Assembly (NCBI GenBank): GCA_011364925.1
Contig: RDOA01000013.1
Span: 1 to 64,000 of the forward strand
Origin: Promethearchaeota archaeon
Lineage (GTDB): Archaea; Asgardarchaeota; Lokiarchaeia; Sigyniarchaeales; SOKP01
Reading direction: 5' to 3'
Length of the DNA stretch: 64,000 nt
Shown here: in pieces, positions 8,974 through 18,382 of the stretch
Layout: the number at the start of each line of letters is the position of its first letter
Numbering within the stretch: the stretch's first letter is position 1
The notes under the pieces: model-generated
The model's database searches: none
Told to the model about the DNA's origin: nothing
Seen by the model: only the letters and a program-made list of their open reading frames with translations
Position numbers and translations under genes: made by a program

Positions 8974-9537
8974 GTGCCAGCAGAAAGTATGTCTACTGAA
9001 GTAAAGGAATATGTTTTCAAAATAACTATTTTAGGTCAAAGTGCTGTTGGAAAAACTTCACTGATTAATCAGTTTGTAGAAAATTCGTTCCAAGAAGATT
9101 ATAAACCTACGCTAGGGGCTAATATAATCCGAAAAGATGTAAACATAGATAAGGTGAATGCTAAGGTGCGGTTAATAATGTGGGATCTTGCTGGTCAAGA
9201 AAAGTATAATGTCATTCGTAGTATGTACTTCCAAGGATGCGTTGGGAGTTTGCTGGTATATGATGTTACTCGTCATGAGAGTTTCTCAGCGATTGAATCT
9301 AAATGGTTAAAAGATTTTAAGAATTATGTGAAAAAAGAGGGAGCGTATATCTTAATTGGCAATAAAATCGATTTAGACTCGCAGCGAGTTGTCACCACAG
9401 TAGAAGGCGAGAAACTCGCGGAGCAAATCGGAGCAAGTGCTTTTATCGAGACGAGTGCTAAATTAGGAAAAAATGTTGAGGAAGCGTTTAAGAACCTAGT
9501 TTACCAAATTTTAAGAAATTATGGAGAAGAAGTTTAA
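8974..9537 (+). CDS. Ras/Rab-like small GTPase (start may be ATG 8989)
   Basis: G1 GQSAVGKTS, G3 WDLAGQ, G4 NKID, G5 TSAK. Confidence 0.95.
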   Translation: MPAESMSTEVKEYVFKITILGQSAVGKTSLINQFVENSFQEDYKPTLGANIIRKDVNIDKVNAKVRLIMWDLAGQEKYNVIRSMYFQGCVGSLLVYDVTRHESFSAIESKWLKDFKNYVKKEGAYILIGNKIDLDSQRVVTTVEGEKLAEQIGASAFIETSAKLGKNVEEAFKNLVYQILRNYGEEV

Positions 9538-9616
9538 AACTTGCTCAGATAAAAAATTAACCTCCTAATTAATCTCTTTTAAATTACCAATCACTAGTAT
9601 AAATTATTTAAGGTAA

Positions 9617-10777
9617 ATGATAAAAATGAAAGAATTATCAAAAAAGATAATAAATTCCCCAAAATCAAAAATCCGCGAATTGTTTGATCTTGCTGCTGGA
9701 AGATCCGATGTAATAAGTTTAGGTATCGGACAACCAGATTTCTCAACACCTCAACCGGCAATAGAAGGAGCCATCAACGCATTAAAAAAGAAAATTACTT
9801 ATTACGCACCAACAAAAGGTATCCCAGAATTGTTACAGCAGCTTGAAATTAAATTAAAGGATAAAAATAAAATTAACGCGAAGTGGGAAGAAAACATCCT
9901 ATTAAGCAACGGTGGATCTCAAGCTCTTAACCTTACATTTGCATCGATATTTAATCCTGGCGATGAGCTTGTTATTTCTTCTCCAAATTTCATTTCATAT
10001 TTCTACTTGAGTGCTTTTTTTGATGTAAAATTAGTTGAAATCGAGAGGAAAAGTGACTTTAGTCCCGATATCGAAAAACTTAAAGATTCAATCACACCTA
10101 AAACCAAAGCTATCTTAATTAACTCTCCTAATAATCCTACTGGATATTCGTTGAATAGGAATGAATTAGAAGAAATTGTTGATATAGTTAAAACTCACGA
10201 CTTGTATTTAATCTCTGATGAAGTATATGAAAATTACTTATATGATGGCTCTAAACATACCAGTCCCGCATCATTAAAAGACATGTTCGAGCGTACGATT
10301 ACTTTAAACGCTATGTCAAAACTATACTCTGCGACAGGATTTAGATTAGGTTATATTGCAGCAAATAAGGAAATAATTGAAACGATGGAGAAATATCATC
10401 AATACACTGTAGCAGGTACGAATCATCCTGCTCAATATGGCTTTTTAGAAGCATTAAAAATGGATAATGGCTTTTTTGATGAGATTTTAAGGAGTTTTGA
10501 CAAAAGACGTTTATTAGTGTACAATCGATTAAAGGAGATGAATTTTGAGGTGGTTAAACCTAAAGGTGCGTTCTATATAATGCCAAGAATTAAAGAATAT
10601 AATATAACAGGTGCCGAGTTTTCGGAAAGAATAATGAGAGATCAAGCTGTCGCAATTGTCCCCGGAAATATTTTTGGATCTTTTTCAGAATCTATGTTAC
10701 GAATGTCTTACGCGACAAAATTAGAAAAATTAGAAGAAGCTATGAATCGAATCGAGAAATTTGTAAGAAAACTATAA
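9617..10777 (+). CDS. PLP-dependent class I/II aminotransferase (aspartate aminotransferase-like)
   Basis: 'SLGIGQPDF', 'NSPNNPTG', 'SDEVY', 'SKLYSATGFRLGY'. Confidence 0.92.
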   Translation: MIKMKELSKKIINSPKSKIRELFDLAAGRSDVISLGIGQPDFSTPQPAIEGAINALKKKITYYAPTKGIPELLQQLEIKLKDKNKINAKWEENILLSNGGSQALNLTFASIFNPGDELVISSPNFISYFYLSAFFDVKLVEIERKSDFSPDIEKLKDSITPKTKAILINSPNNPTGYSLNRNELEEIVDIVKTHDLYLISDEVYENYLYDGSKHTSPASLKDMFERTITLNAMSKLYSATGFRLGYIAANKEIIETMEKYHQYTVAGTNHPAQYGFLEALKMDNGFFDEILRSFDKRRLLVYNRLKEMNFEVVKPKGAFYIMPRIKEYNITGAEFSERIMRDQAVAIVPGNIFGSFSESMLRMSYATKLEKLEEAMNRIEKFVRKL

Positions 10778-10786
10778 CTTAGGATG

Positions 10787-11917
10787 TTATAAAAAAGTAC
10801 GTAAAAGAGCTCGGGACAGATATTCTGTAGATTTAATAACATCTTCTATCACAATATACTCATTTGGTTTATGAACTATACTTGGATCACCGGGGCCATA
10901 GATTACAAAAGGGACGGGTTTCTTTTTTCGAACAAGAACCCCTGCGTCTGTGGCATAAGGAAGACCTATGAACTCCTTTCCGCTTATTTTTTTTAAATTT
11001 TGAATGAAAAGATTATCGATTTCAGTTTGAAGTGCCGGAAGTGTATAGATTATTTCTACCTCTACTTTACAAGGAGATCCATCTATTGCGCGTAAGTTCT
11101 TATTCAATTTTACGTAATCTTGTTCTGGGATATATCTATAATCAATAGACAAGACAGTTTTATCTGGAATTATATTATTTGCGATCCCTCCTGTTATCTT
11201 CCCAATATTTAGCGTGGATTTTCCCAAAATGTCATTCTCAACATTATCTAAACAATTATAAAGATGTGGAATAATGTTTAAGGCACCCTCAATAGAATTT
11301 ATTCCTAATTCAGGCGTTGAAGCATGCCCTGCCTTCCCATAGATATGGATATCCGCCCATAATAATCCTTTTTCGGCTATACCAATGTTCAAATTTGTTG
11401 GTTCCCCCACGATAACAAGAACTGAATCGTCCATGACACCCTTCTTGACAAAGTTATAGGCTCCAGTCATGCCTGATTCTTCATCTGCACTACATAGGAG
11501 GAAAATTGAGTACTCTTCTAGTAATTTAGGATAATCTTTTAAAGTTAAAAGGGTTCCAATAAGCATTGTTAGTCCCCCTTTCATATCACATGCCCCTCTA
11601 CCGTACAATTTCCCCTCAATTACTTTTCCAGAGAAAGGAGGATATTCCCATTGTGAATGTTCACCCGCTGGTACAACGTCTAAATGCCCAGAGAGTATTA
11701 TTTTTTTCTTACCGGTTCCAATCCTCGTTATTAAGTTATTTAATTCGACTCCTTTCTTAAGATACTTCATAATTTCGTTCTGAAAACCTTCAGACTCCTT
11801 AAAGACATTTAGAATCAGATACTCGATAATTTCTTCAGTTAAACCTGGTGGATTTTCTGTAGGAATTTGTACTAAGTTCTTTAGAATCTGTGGTAGATTA
11901 ACATTAATGGTAATCAA
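10787..11917 (-). CDS. M20 family metallo-deacylase (ArgE/DapE-like)
   Basis: 'SGHLDVVP', 'GRGACDMKGG', 'DEESG', 'GEPT', 'HKPNEY'. Confidence 0.92.
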   Translation of the reverse strand: MITINVNLPQILKNLVQIPTENPPGLTEEIIEYLILNVFKESEGFQNEIMKYLKKGVELNNLITRIGTGKKKIILSGHLDVVPAGEHSQWEYPPFSGKVIEGKLYGRGACDMKGGLTMLIGTLLTLKDYPKLLEEYSIFLLCSADEESGMTGAYNFVKKGVMDDSVLVIVGEPTNLNIGIAEKGLLWADIHIYGKAGHASTPELGINSIEGALNIIPHLYNCLDNVENDILGKSTLNIGKITGGIANNIIPDKTVLSIDYRYIPEQDYVKLNKNLRAIDGSPCKVEVEIIYTLPALQTEIDNLFIQNLKKISGKEFIGLPYATDAGVLVRKKKPVPFVIYGPGDPSIVHKPNEYIVIEDVIKSTEYLSRALLRTFL

Positions 11918-11965
11918 CTCTGTCGTTCATTTCATTAGGTCCTATTTTAAAATAAAAATAATTTG

Positions 11966-13168
11966 TTAAACATAATCGACTTCAAACGGAGTTTTTGGAA
12001 GCACTTCGGCTCCATTCTTGGTCACCAATGTTGGTGATTCTAATCTTAAACCTCCAAGCCCTGGACGGTTGAAAACGACAGCAGCTATTTCTACCATGTT
12101 TTCCTCGAACACCATAGACCCCCATTCTTTTCCAGGTACTACTACAGGCCAAGATTCGTTTCCGATTAGCCCGATTCCGTGTCCTAGCCCAAAGAATAAA
12201 TCATTAGCGTATCCTTCTTTGTCTGCCACTTTTCTAACTGCTTGATAGCAGTCTTCGAATGTATTTCCAGGATACATATTATCAATAAGACAGTAGCATA
12301 GTTGTTCATAGACATCATTAAACTTTTTTAACTCTGCTTGACACTTTCCTAACACATAATTGTGGCTCAAATCTCCGAGATAACACCCGATTTCACTGTG
12401 TAAGTCTACAAGTAAAGATTCCCCTTCTTTTACTATTTTATTTGTTGCTGGTGTACAGCCATTAAATGTCCAACTCGCACGATAACCCGAACCAATTTCT
12501 TGACTTCCTGTAAAGGTCCATTCATAATTACTTCCCGCTGTTCTCATAGCAAGCGTCCCTAGGCCAGCAATTTCGTTCTCTGTGAATATTTTTCCCTTAG
12601 GGCGTTCCTGTAGCGCGCTTTTAACTGCGGATTGTCCTATATCTGTAATCTCACTTGCTTTCCTCAACATTGCGATTTCTTCCGGTTCTTTGATGAATTG
12701 AATTCTCTCAGTTTTTTCGTTAAAATCGATTAATTCACAGCCTGGAAACACTTGTTTAAGTAATTGTGCTTCAGTATATGATAGCATCTGACCTGTGACA
12801 CATATATCTAAACCGAGCTCTACCCCAATTCTAGGCGGAGATCCTTTAGGATCGTACACTCCTGCCTTTTTTGCAGCAGATTGGATTTTTTTCTCCCAAA
12901 AGAATCCCTTCATCGGTCCCCAACCACTAATATTCTTCAAATAGCCTTCAGCTTTTACACGTTCCACATCCAACAATACTGTAAATAGAATAGGTTCACC
13001 CATCCCTTTTCTTGGCAAAAAAATTGCACTTTTCCAAGGAACGAAACATCCTGATAAATAGGTTATTGATTTTACTCTGGTAAGTATACAAAAATCAAGA
13101 TTAAGGTCTTCCATGGCGGCTTGATACTTATTTACATGTCCTTCCCAATTAATCTTAATATCACTCAT
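11966..13168 (-). CDS. M24 (Xaa-Pro peptidase/creatinase) fold protein with atypical active site
   Basis: 'IKEPEEIAMLRKA', 'VDL...YLGD', 'GHGIG', 'GGLRLE'. Confidence 0.8.
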   Translation of the reverse strand: MSDIKINWEGHVNKYQAAMEDLNLDFCILTRVKSITYLSGCFVPWKSAIFLPRKGMGEPILFTVLLDVERVKAEGYLKNISGWGPMKGFFWEKKIQSAAKKAGVYDPKGSPPRIGVELGLDICVTGQMLSYTEAQLLKQVFPGCELIDFNEKTERIQFIKEPEEIAMLRKASEITDIGQSAVKSALQERPKGKIFTENEIAGLGTLAMRTAGSNYEWTFTGSQEIGSGYRASWTFNGCTPATNKIVKEGESLLVDLHSEIGCYLGDLSHNYVLGKCQAELKKFNDVYEQLCYCLIDNMYPGNTFEDCYQAVRKVADKEGYANDLFFGLGHGIGLIGNESWPVVVPGKEWGSMVFEENMVEIAAVVFNRPGLGGLRLESPTLVTKNGAEVLPKTPFEVDYV

Positions 13169-13329
13169 CTTTCATTCCTAAAAATAATTATATCACTTTA
13201 ATTATCTGGTTATTTATTAATTTCATTATTTTAAAATTATTATTGTTTAAGAAAAAAGATATTAGGTTACAAAAAAGAGATATTTAGAGTAAGTTTAAAA
13301 AATTAATATAGATGCTCAAATATTGAAAA

Positions 13330-15609
13330 CTACTGATATAAGTTGGAATCTCTGTCTTTTAATTTTTGGTCTTGAGCCATTTGTTTTGCTAGATTTTCGT
13401 ATTTATCGATAGTCTCTTTATGCAATGTTGAGGTGACTTTCGAAAGGGCATACTCAAAATGCTTAAATTCCACAACATCAAAATCATCCTTTTTCTCTCT
13501 TAAAGCTTGCATCCCTGCTTCTCTACACAAATTTTCGATATCAGCACCGCTATAACCTTCTGTCATTAATGCTAAATTCTTAAGTGAAATACTCTCATCT
13601 AAAGGCATATATCTTGTATGAACTTCTAAAATTTTGATTCTTCCCTTGTAATCTGGAGCAACAACATAAAGCATCTTATCAATTCTTCCTGGACGCAAGA
13701 GTGCAGGATCGACTAAATCTGGACGATTTGTACTCGCCAATATAATAATATTAGAATTGCTCTCTATTCCATCCATTTCAGTCAGTAATTGGGTTATAAC
13801 AGTATCATGTAATGTAAGTGTTCCCCTATTTTCAGTAAGAGCTTCAACTTCATCAAAGTAAATTATTGATGGTGCTAATTCCCTAGCTTTTGAGAATATC
13901 CCTCTAATATTTTTCTCAGATTCACCAAACCACTTCGATAATAATTCGGGGCCCTTAACAGTAATAAAATTTGAGTTTGTTTCAGTAGCAATTGCCTCTG
14001 CTAAAAGTGTCTTGCCGCAACCAGGAGGTCCAAATAGTAAGATACCACTTACTGGTCGAATTCCTACTTTGTCGTAAAAGCTTGGATGAATTAATGGCCA
14101 TTCAACAGATTCAATCAATTCTTGTTTAATATCTTCTAATCCTCCGATGTCATCCCACGAAACTTCGGGAATTTCCCTTATGTATCCTCTTATGGCAGAT
14201 GGTTTTATTTCTCTATGAGCTTTTTGGAAGTTTTTATCCTTTACATATAAATTTTGAATAACTTCAATAGGGATAGGTTCATCAATATTGATTTCTGGCA
14301 ATATGTCCCTAATCGCGTCCATAGCTGCTTCTCTAACGAATGCCATTATATCAGCACCAACAAATCCATGAGTAATTTCAGCATAATAACTAATCTCTAC
14401 ATCCTCCGTTAAGGGCATTCCTCGAGTGTGAATTTTAAAAATTTCATTTCTAGCCTTTTTATTTGGGACTTTAAAGCTTATTTCAGTATCAAAACGTCCT
14501 GGTCTCCGTAAAGCTGGATCTACAGCGTCTATTCGATTTGTAGCACCAATAACTATAACACCTTCTCTACCCTTCATTCCATCAAGTAGGGTAAGTAACT
14601 GAGAAACAACGCGTTTTTCAACTTCTCCCGTAATTTCACTTCTTTTAGGGGCGATTGAGTCAAGTTCATCTATAAATATTATCGCAGGTGCTTCATTTTC
14701 TGCCCGATCAAAAATTCCTTTTAAATTTCTTTCACTATCACCGTAAAATTTACTCATAATCTCGGGACCATTAATCATGAAAAAACTAGCATTAGCTTCT
14801 TGCGAAACGGCCTTTGCTACTAATGTCTTCCCCGTTCCAGGGGGACCATGAAAGAGTACTCCTTTTGGAGGTTCAATATTCAATCTATGAAATAATTCAG
14901 GATGTCTAATAGGTAATTCAACTACTTCTCTAATTCTTTGGATTTCCTCAGTTAAACCTCCAACATCATCATAAGTAATAATTTCACCAGAAACATTTAA
15001 TAGGGCAACTTTTTTGTTTATTTTAATTCTGGTATCCCGAGTAAATCTAACTACCTCACCATGAGGTTTCGTATTTAAAACTATTAACTTTAACGGTCCT
15101 AGCGTTGGTCTCCTCGCTCCGACTCCTCCTCCAAACATTCTCATAAATCCATTCATAGGATTATTGTCCTCTTCAACTTGAATGTAAGCTCCAGGAACAT
15201 CAATGATGTCTCCGGCTGTAATAGGTTTATCTATTAGTTTTCCTTTTATGATATCTGCCTGTTTCTTGATATCATACAATGGTTTAGTTGGAGCTAGTTC
15301 TATTTCTCTGGCTGGTGAAGCAATAGTCGGAGAAATTGTCACTATTTCTCCAATAGCCGAACCCAAATTTTGTCTTTGAATTCCATCAATTCTTATAATA
15401 CCTTCGCCTTTATCTGCAAAACTTGCTACGACAATACCCGCAGTTCTTTTTCTGCCGATTATCTCTATTATATCACCAGTAGATAATCCAATTTTTTCCA
15501 GTACGTCTTGATCAATATAGCATAGACTTCTTCCACTACGACTCGATTCTAACCTTTCTATTCGAAGTTTTGCTGATCTGTTTTCACTTTCTATACTCAT
15601 TTTCGTCAA
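13330..15609 (-). CDS. cdc48: CDC48/VAT family AAA+ ATPase
   Basis: N-domain plus two AAA modules (GPPGTGKT/FIDELD; GPPGCGKT/YFDEVE), 'ALRRPGRFD', C-terminal HbYX-like 'LYQ'. Confidence 0.93.
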   Translation of the reverse strand: MTKMSIESENRSAKLRIERLESSRSGRSLCYIDQDVLEKIGLSTGDIIEIIGRKRTAGIVVASFADKGEGIIRIDGIQRQNLGSAIGEIVTISPTIASPAREIELAPTKPLYDIKKQADIIKGKLIDKPITAGDIIDVPGAYIQVEEDNNPMNGFMRMFGGGVGARRPTLGPLKLIVLNTKPHGEVVRFTRDTRIKINKKVALLNVSGEIITYDDVGGLTEEIQRIREVVELPIRHPELFHRLNIEPPKGVLFHGPPGTGKTLVAKAVSQEANASFFMINGPEIMSKFYGDSERNLKGIFDRAENEAPAIIFIDELDSIAPKRSEITGEVEKRVVSQLLTLLDGMKGREGVIVIGATNRIDAVDPALRRPGRFDTEISFKVPNKKARNEIFKIHTRGMPLTEDVEISYYAEITHGFVGADIMAFVREAAMDAIRDILPEINIDEPIPIEVIQNLYVKDKNFQKAHREIKPSAIRGYIREIPEVSWDDIGGLEDIKQELIESVEWPLIHPSFYDKVGIRPVSGILLFGPPGCGKTLLAEAIATETNSNFITVKGPELLSKWFGESEKNIRGIFSKARELAPSIIYFDEVEALTENRGTLTLHDTVITQLLTEMDGIESNSNIIILASTNRPDLVDPALLRPGRIDKMLYVVAPDYKGRIKILEVHTRYMPLDESISLKNLALMTEGYSGADIENLCREAGMQALREKKDDFDVVEFKHFEYALSKVTSTLHKETIDKYENLAKQMAQDQKLKDRDSNLYQ

Positions 15610-15832
15610 AAAAAATTTTTATTCCTCTATTTTACTAGAAATAATGGTGCTTTATTTTCTTTTGCATTATTTATTATAATACTTCTGATTCATCTATTAA
15701 TTCTTCTTGATAAGATGTAGCTCGTTAAGTATTGTTTAAAAACGATATTTGCTTATCACTCATTATAATTTATTTTCTAATGTGAAATAAATCGCTAGTT
15801 TAAGACAATTAATTTAAGACTAAACTTTAAAA

Positions 15833-17131
15833 ATGCTTGAATTCAGGATAAACGATTACATAACTTTAAGATTAGAACATAATCATACTACGATTTATGT
15901 GAATAACGAGATATTTGACCAGTGCAGAAAAATACTATTTATAAATCCTCATAACAATGAAAAACAAAAAATGCTTGACTCAATAGACGAAGCAATTGAA
16001 ATCTTAAGTGATCATCCTCCAGTGGATTATAGATCGAGTGATTTTTATATCACCCCTGAGATGGAATTTTGGGCTCATTGCTCAAACCTACAAGCGTGGG
16101 TTGAAAACGATTATGATACTCGAATACTACATAGTAATTTAGCGTTTCCACTCTTGAAAAAATTGGTAGAACTTGGAGATACGAAAGCTTTCCACGTATT
16201 TAAGGAAGAGATTGCCAGGAGGTTTTTATCTGGATTTCCTCCAGTTATTCAATTTCTTCTTAACCAAGGATATTTAGAATATCTTAATAAAGAAGAATTA
16301 GAAGTGTTATTAGATGAGTTTGAGAATATTTTAGATAATCCTATATCAGATCTTCATGATGTCAAAAATTCAGCTATTCTTACAAATTTAACAGATTATT
16401 ACTTAAAACGAGGTTTGTACTATAATTTTGTAAGGTCAATCAAACTTGCTGCAAAAGAAACTTCGTTAGATAAAAGAACATTAAACAAACTCGGTGAAGC
16501 TTACATTTTTTTAGAAAAATTCCATAAAGCAATTGATGTATTAAAAAAATGCATAGAACTCCCACCGTTTGACCCAAAACCATATTTGGAGCTCGCTTAT
16601 ATCTATGATGAGATTGGGGAATATGATAATGCTAAAGTTATGTGCAATACTGTTTTAAACTTTCACTATTATAATAAGATTGCCTGGATTAAACTAGGTG
16701 ATATCTATATTCATAACAACGAATATGATAAAGCTATCGAAGCTTGTAACATTGCTTTAAGCATTGATGATCAAAATCCAATTCCATGGTGTACACTTGG
16801 TTCTGCTTATTTCTATAAGGGAAAATATGAAAGAGCAATTGAATTGGTCAAAAATTCTATGGAAATCGATCCAAAATATGTAGATGGATGGAAAACTTTA
16901 GGAGATATTTACAGCACGATAAATGATCTTGACAATGCTATTGATGCCTATAGGACATTGACACTATTTCGCCCTACTCACATTGGCGCATGGTATGATC
17001 TAGCGGAGATATACTTTAAAATGGAATTATATAACGAATCAATGAAAGCATGTAAAAAATGTTTAGAACTTGATTCGAAATTCGAGAAGGCATCAATACT
17101 TTTACAGAAATTAAAAGCCTTGAACATCTAA
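15833..17131 (+). CDS. TPR-repeat protein with Lokiarchaeia-type N-terminal domain
   Basis: N-terminal 'EFWAHCSNLQAWVENDYDTRILHSNLAFPLLKKL..G...FKEEIARRF.SG'; about 6 C-terminal TPRs. Confidence 0.8.
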   Translation: MLEFRINDYITLRLEHNHTTIYVNNEIFDQCRKILFINPHNNEKQKMLDSIDEAIEILSDHPPVDYRSSDFYITPEMEFWAHCSNLQAWVENDYDTRILHSNLAFPLLKKLVELGDTKAFHVFKEEIARRFLSGFPPVIQFLLNQGYLEYLNKEELEVLLDEFENILDNPISDLHDVKNSAILTNLTDYYLKRGLYYNFVRSIKLAAKETSLDKRTLNKLGEAYIFLEKFHKAIDVLKKCIELPPFDPKPYLELAYIYDEIGEYDNAKVMCNTVLNFHYYNKIAWIKLGDIYIHNNEYDKAIEACNIALSIDDQNPIPWCTLGSAYFYKGKYERAIELVKNSMEIDPKYVDGWKTLGDIYSTINDLDNAIDAYRTLTLFRPTHIGAWYDLAEIYFKMELYNESMKACKKCLELDSKFEKASILLQKLKALNI

Positions 17132-17905
17132 ATTCTTTTTTAAAAACGCTTTAAAATCTTCCAGTATGATCTCTGAGTCAGAATTTTCGTATATTTTATT
17201 TTTTATAAATGATTTTCTATAATCTAATATTTTTTTTTTGGATTTACGATATTTTGGATTACTTAGAAGTTCACCAACATATTTTCGTGTGATCACATCT
17301 AACATCTCTCGAGTTGAGTTAGCGGTTTGGATTTGTAATGATTTATTACTTTTACTTTGTTTTTGAAGGATTGAAGCAATTTTATTGCTTAAATTCTCTG
17401 TAAATTGAATAATATCCTCTTTTTCAGTGAGTTCATAGGTATCGAAAGGAGTATCCCATTTGTACTTATTGAATGTGTCAAATTTTTTGTATACTTTCTT
17501 AATGACTTCATTTGGTATAGGTTTACCTCTTTCGTTGTTCCTTTTCAAACAAATGTCAAGAGGAGTTGAAATATGAATGATAAAGAATTTGATTTTTAAA
17601 TCATCAGCAATTGATTTTAAATCGTGTCGCATGCTTGAATAATAATTTAAATCGTCGCTAATAACGATATATCCTTTTAAAAGATTTTCTTTAACTAAGT
17701 CTATGTTTTTTTCTCGTATTTGAGGTTCATTTCTATAATCAAAACTTTTAGGGAATGCGATATCTCTGATAGCGTCTGGATCGATAATTTTTACTTGTTT
17801 TTGAAAAGTCGACTCCAGTATTTCTTTTAACTTAATAGCAAAAGTAGTTTTTCCCGATGCAGGTAATCCTACTAAAATAATTAGAAAATTAGAGTTACTA
17901 TTCAA
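17111..17905 (-). CDS. pstK: O-phosphoseryl-tRNA(Sec) kinase (PSTK/KTI12 family)
   Basis: 'LIILVGLPASGKTTF', 'D.IR', 'DDLNYYSSMRHDL', 'RNNERGKPIPNEVIKK.Y.KFD...KWD.P', C-terminal 'D.ITRK.V...RK.F' helices as in archaeal PSTK. Confidence 0.82.
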   Translation of the reverse strand: MNSNSNFLIILVGLPASGKTTFAIKLKEILESTFQKQVKIIDPDAIRDIAFPKSFDYRNEPQIREKNIDLVKENLLKGYIVISDDLNYYSSMRHDLKSIADDLKIKFFIIHISTPLDICLKRNNERGKPIPNEVIKKVYKKFDTFNKYKWDTPFDTYELTEKEDIIQFTENLSNKIASILQKQSKSNKSLQIQTANSTREMLDVITRKYVGELLSNPKYRKSKKKILDYRKSFIKNKIYENSDSEIILEDFKAFLKKNLDVQGF

Positions 17906-18179
17906 TTAGATCCTCTTTATTAAATGTTTTTATCAGTTGAATTTTTTGTTTTCTCGTAAAAGTTTTAATCTCCATCTCTCTTTTCATGGCATCGCTTCTT
18001 TCAGAAAAGGTCTCAAAATACTTAAGCGAAATATTTTTCTTGCCCCGACAAAATCTAGCACCAGTTCCATTTTTGTGCTCTTCTAATCTTCTAAGAAGGT
18101 TATTAGTATATCCTGTATAGAATCGTTTTTTATTATTTTTCGCTATTGTTTCTAAAATATAGACGTAAAAAAGTGACAT
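17898..18179 (-). CDS. GIY-YIG nuclease, UPF0213-like
   Basis: 'YVYIL...FYTGYTNNL.RR..EH..G.GARF...A.KRE..IK'. Confidence 0.9.
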   Translation of the reverse strand: MSLFYVYILETIAKNNKKRFYTGYTNNLLRRLEEHKNGTGARFCRGKKNISLKYFETFSERSDAMKREMEIKTFTRKQKIQLIKTFNKEDLIE

Positions 18180-18382
18180 GCCAGAATCACTATTAATTAG
18201 ATCTGTTTTCTTTTATTTATTTTTAATGGCAAATACTTAACCAAATACTTTCTACTGTTATATTTAGAGAGAAAAGTGTTCCTCTGAAATATATTATGTT
18301 TGTTATCTTAAACAATTAAAAATTAAATTTATTAATAAAAACTTTTATAATTTTTAAAGGAAGATTTAGGTTTTTCTGGTGA

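Noticed and set aside
17898-18179. GIY-YIG gene as a homing endonuclease or mobile element
   Set aside because: Short stand-alone UPF0213 type with no intron, intein or flanking repeats.
18296-18382. Selenocysteine read-through from ATG 18296 across TGA 18380
   Set aside because: The upstream peptide is translated AT-rich promoter DNA containing the TATA box; the TGA is not in a redox motif and no SECIS was seen.
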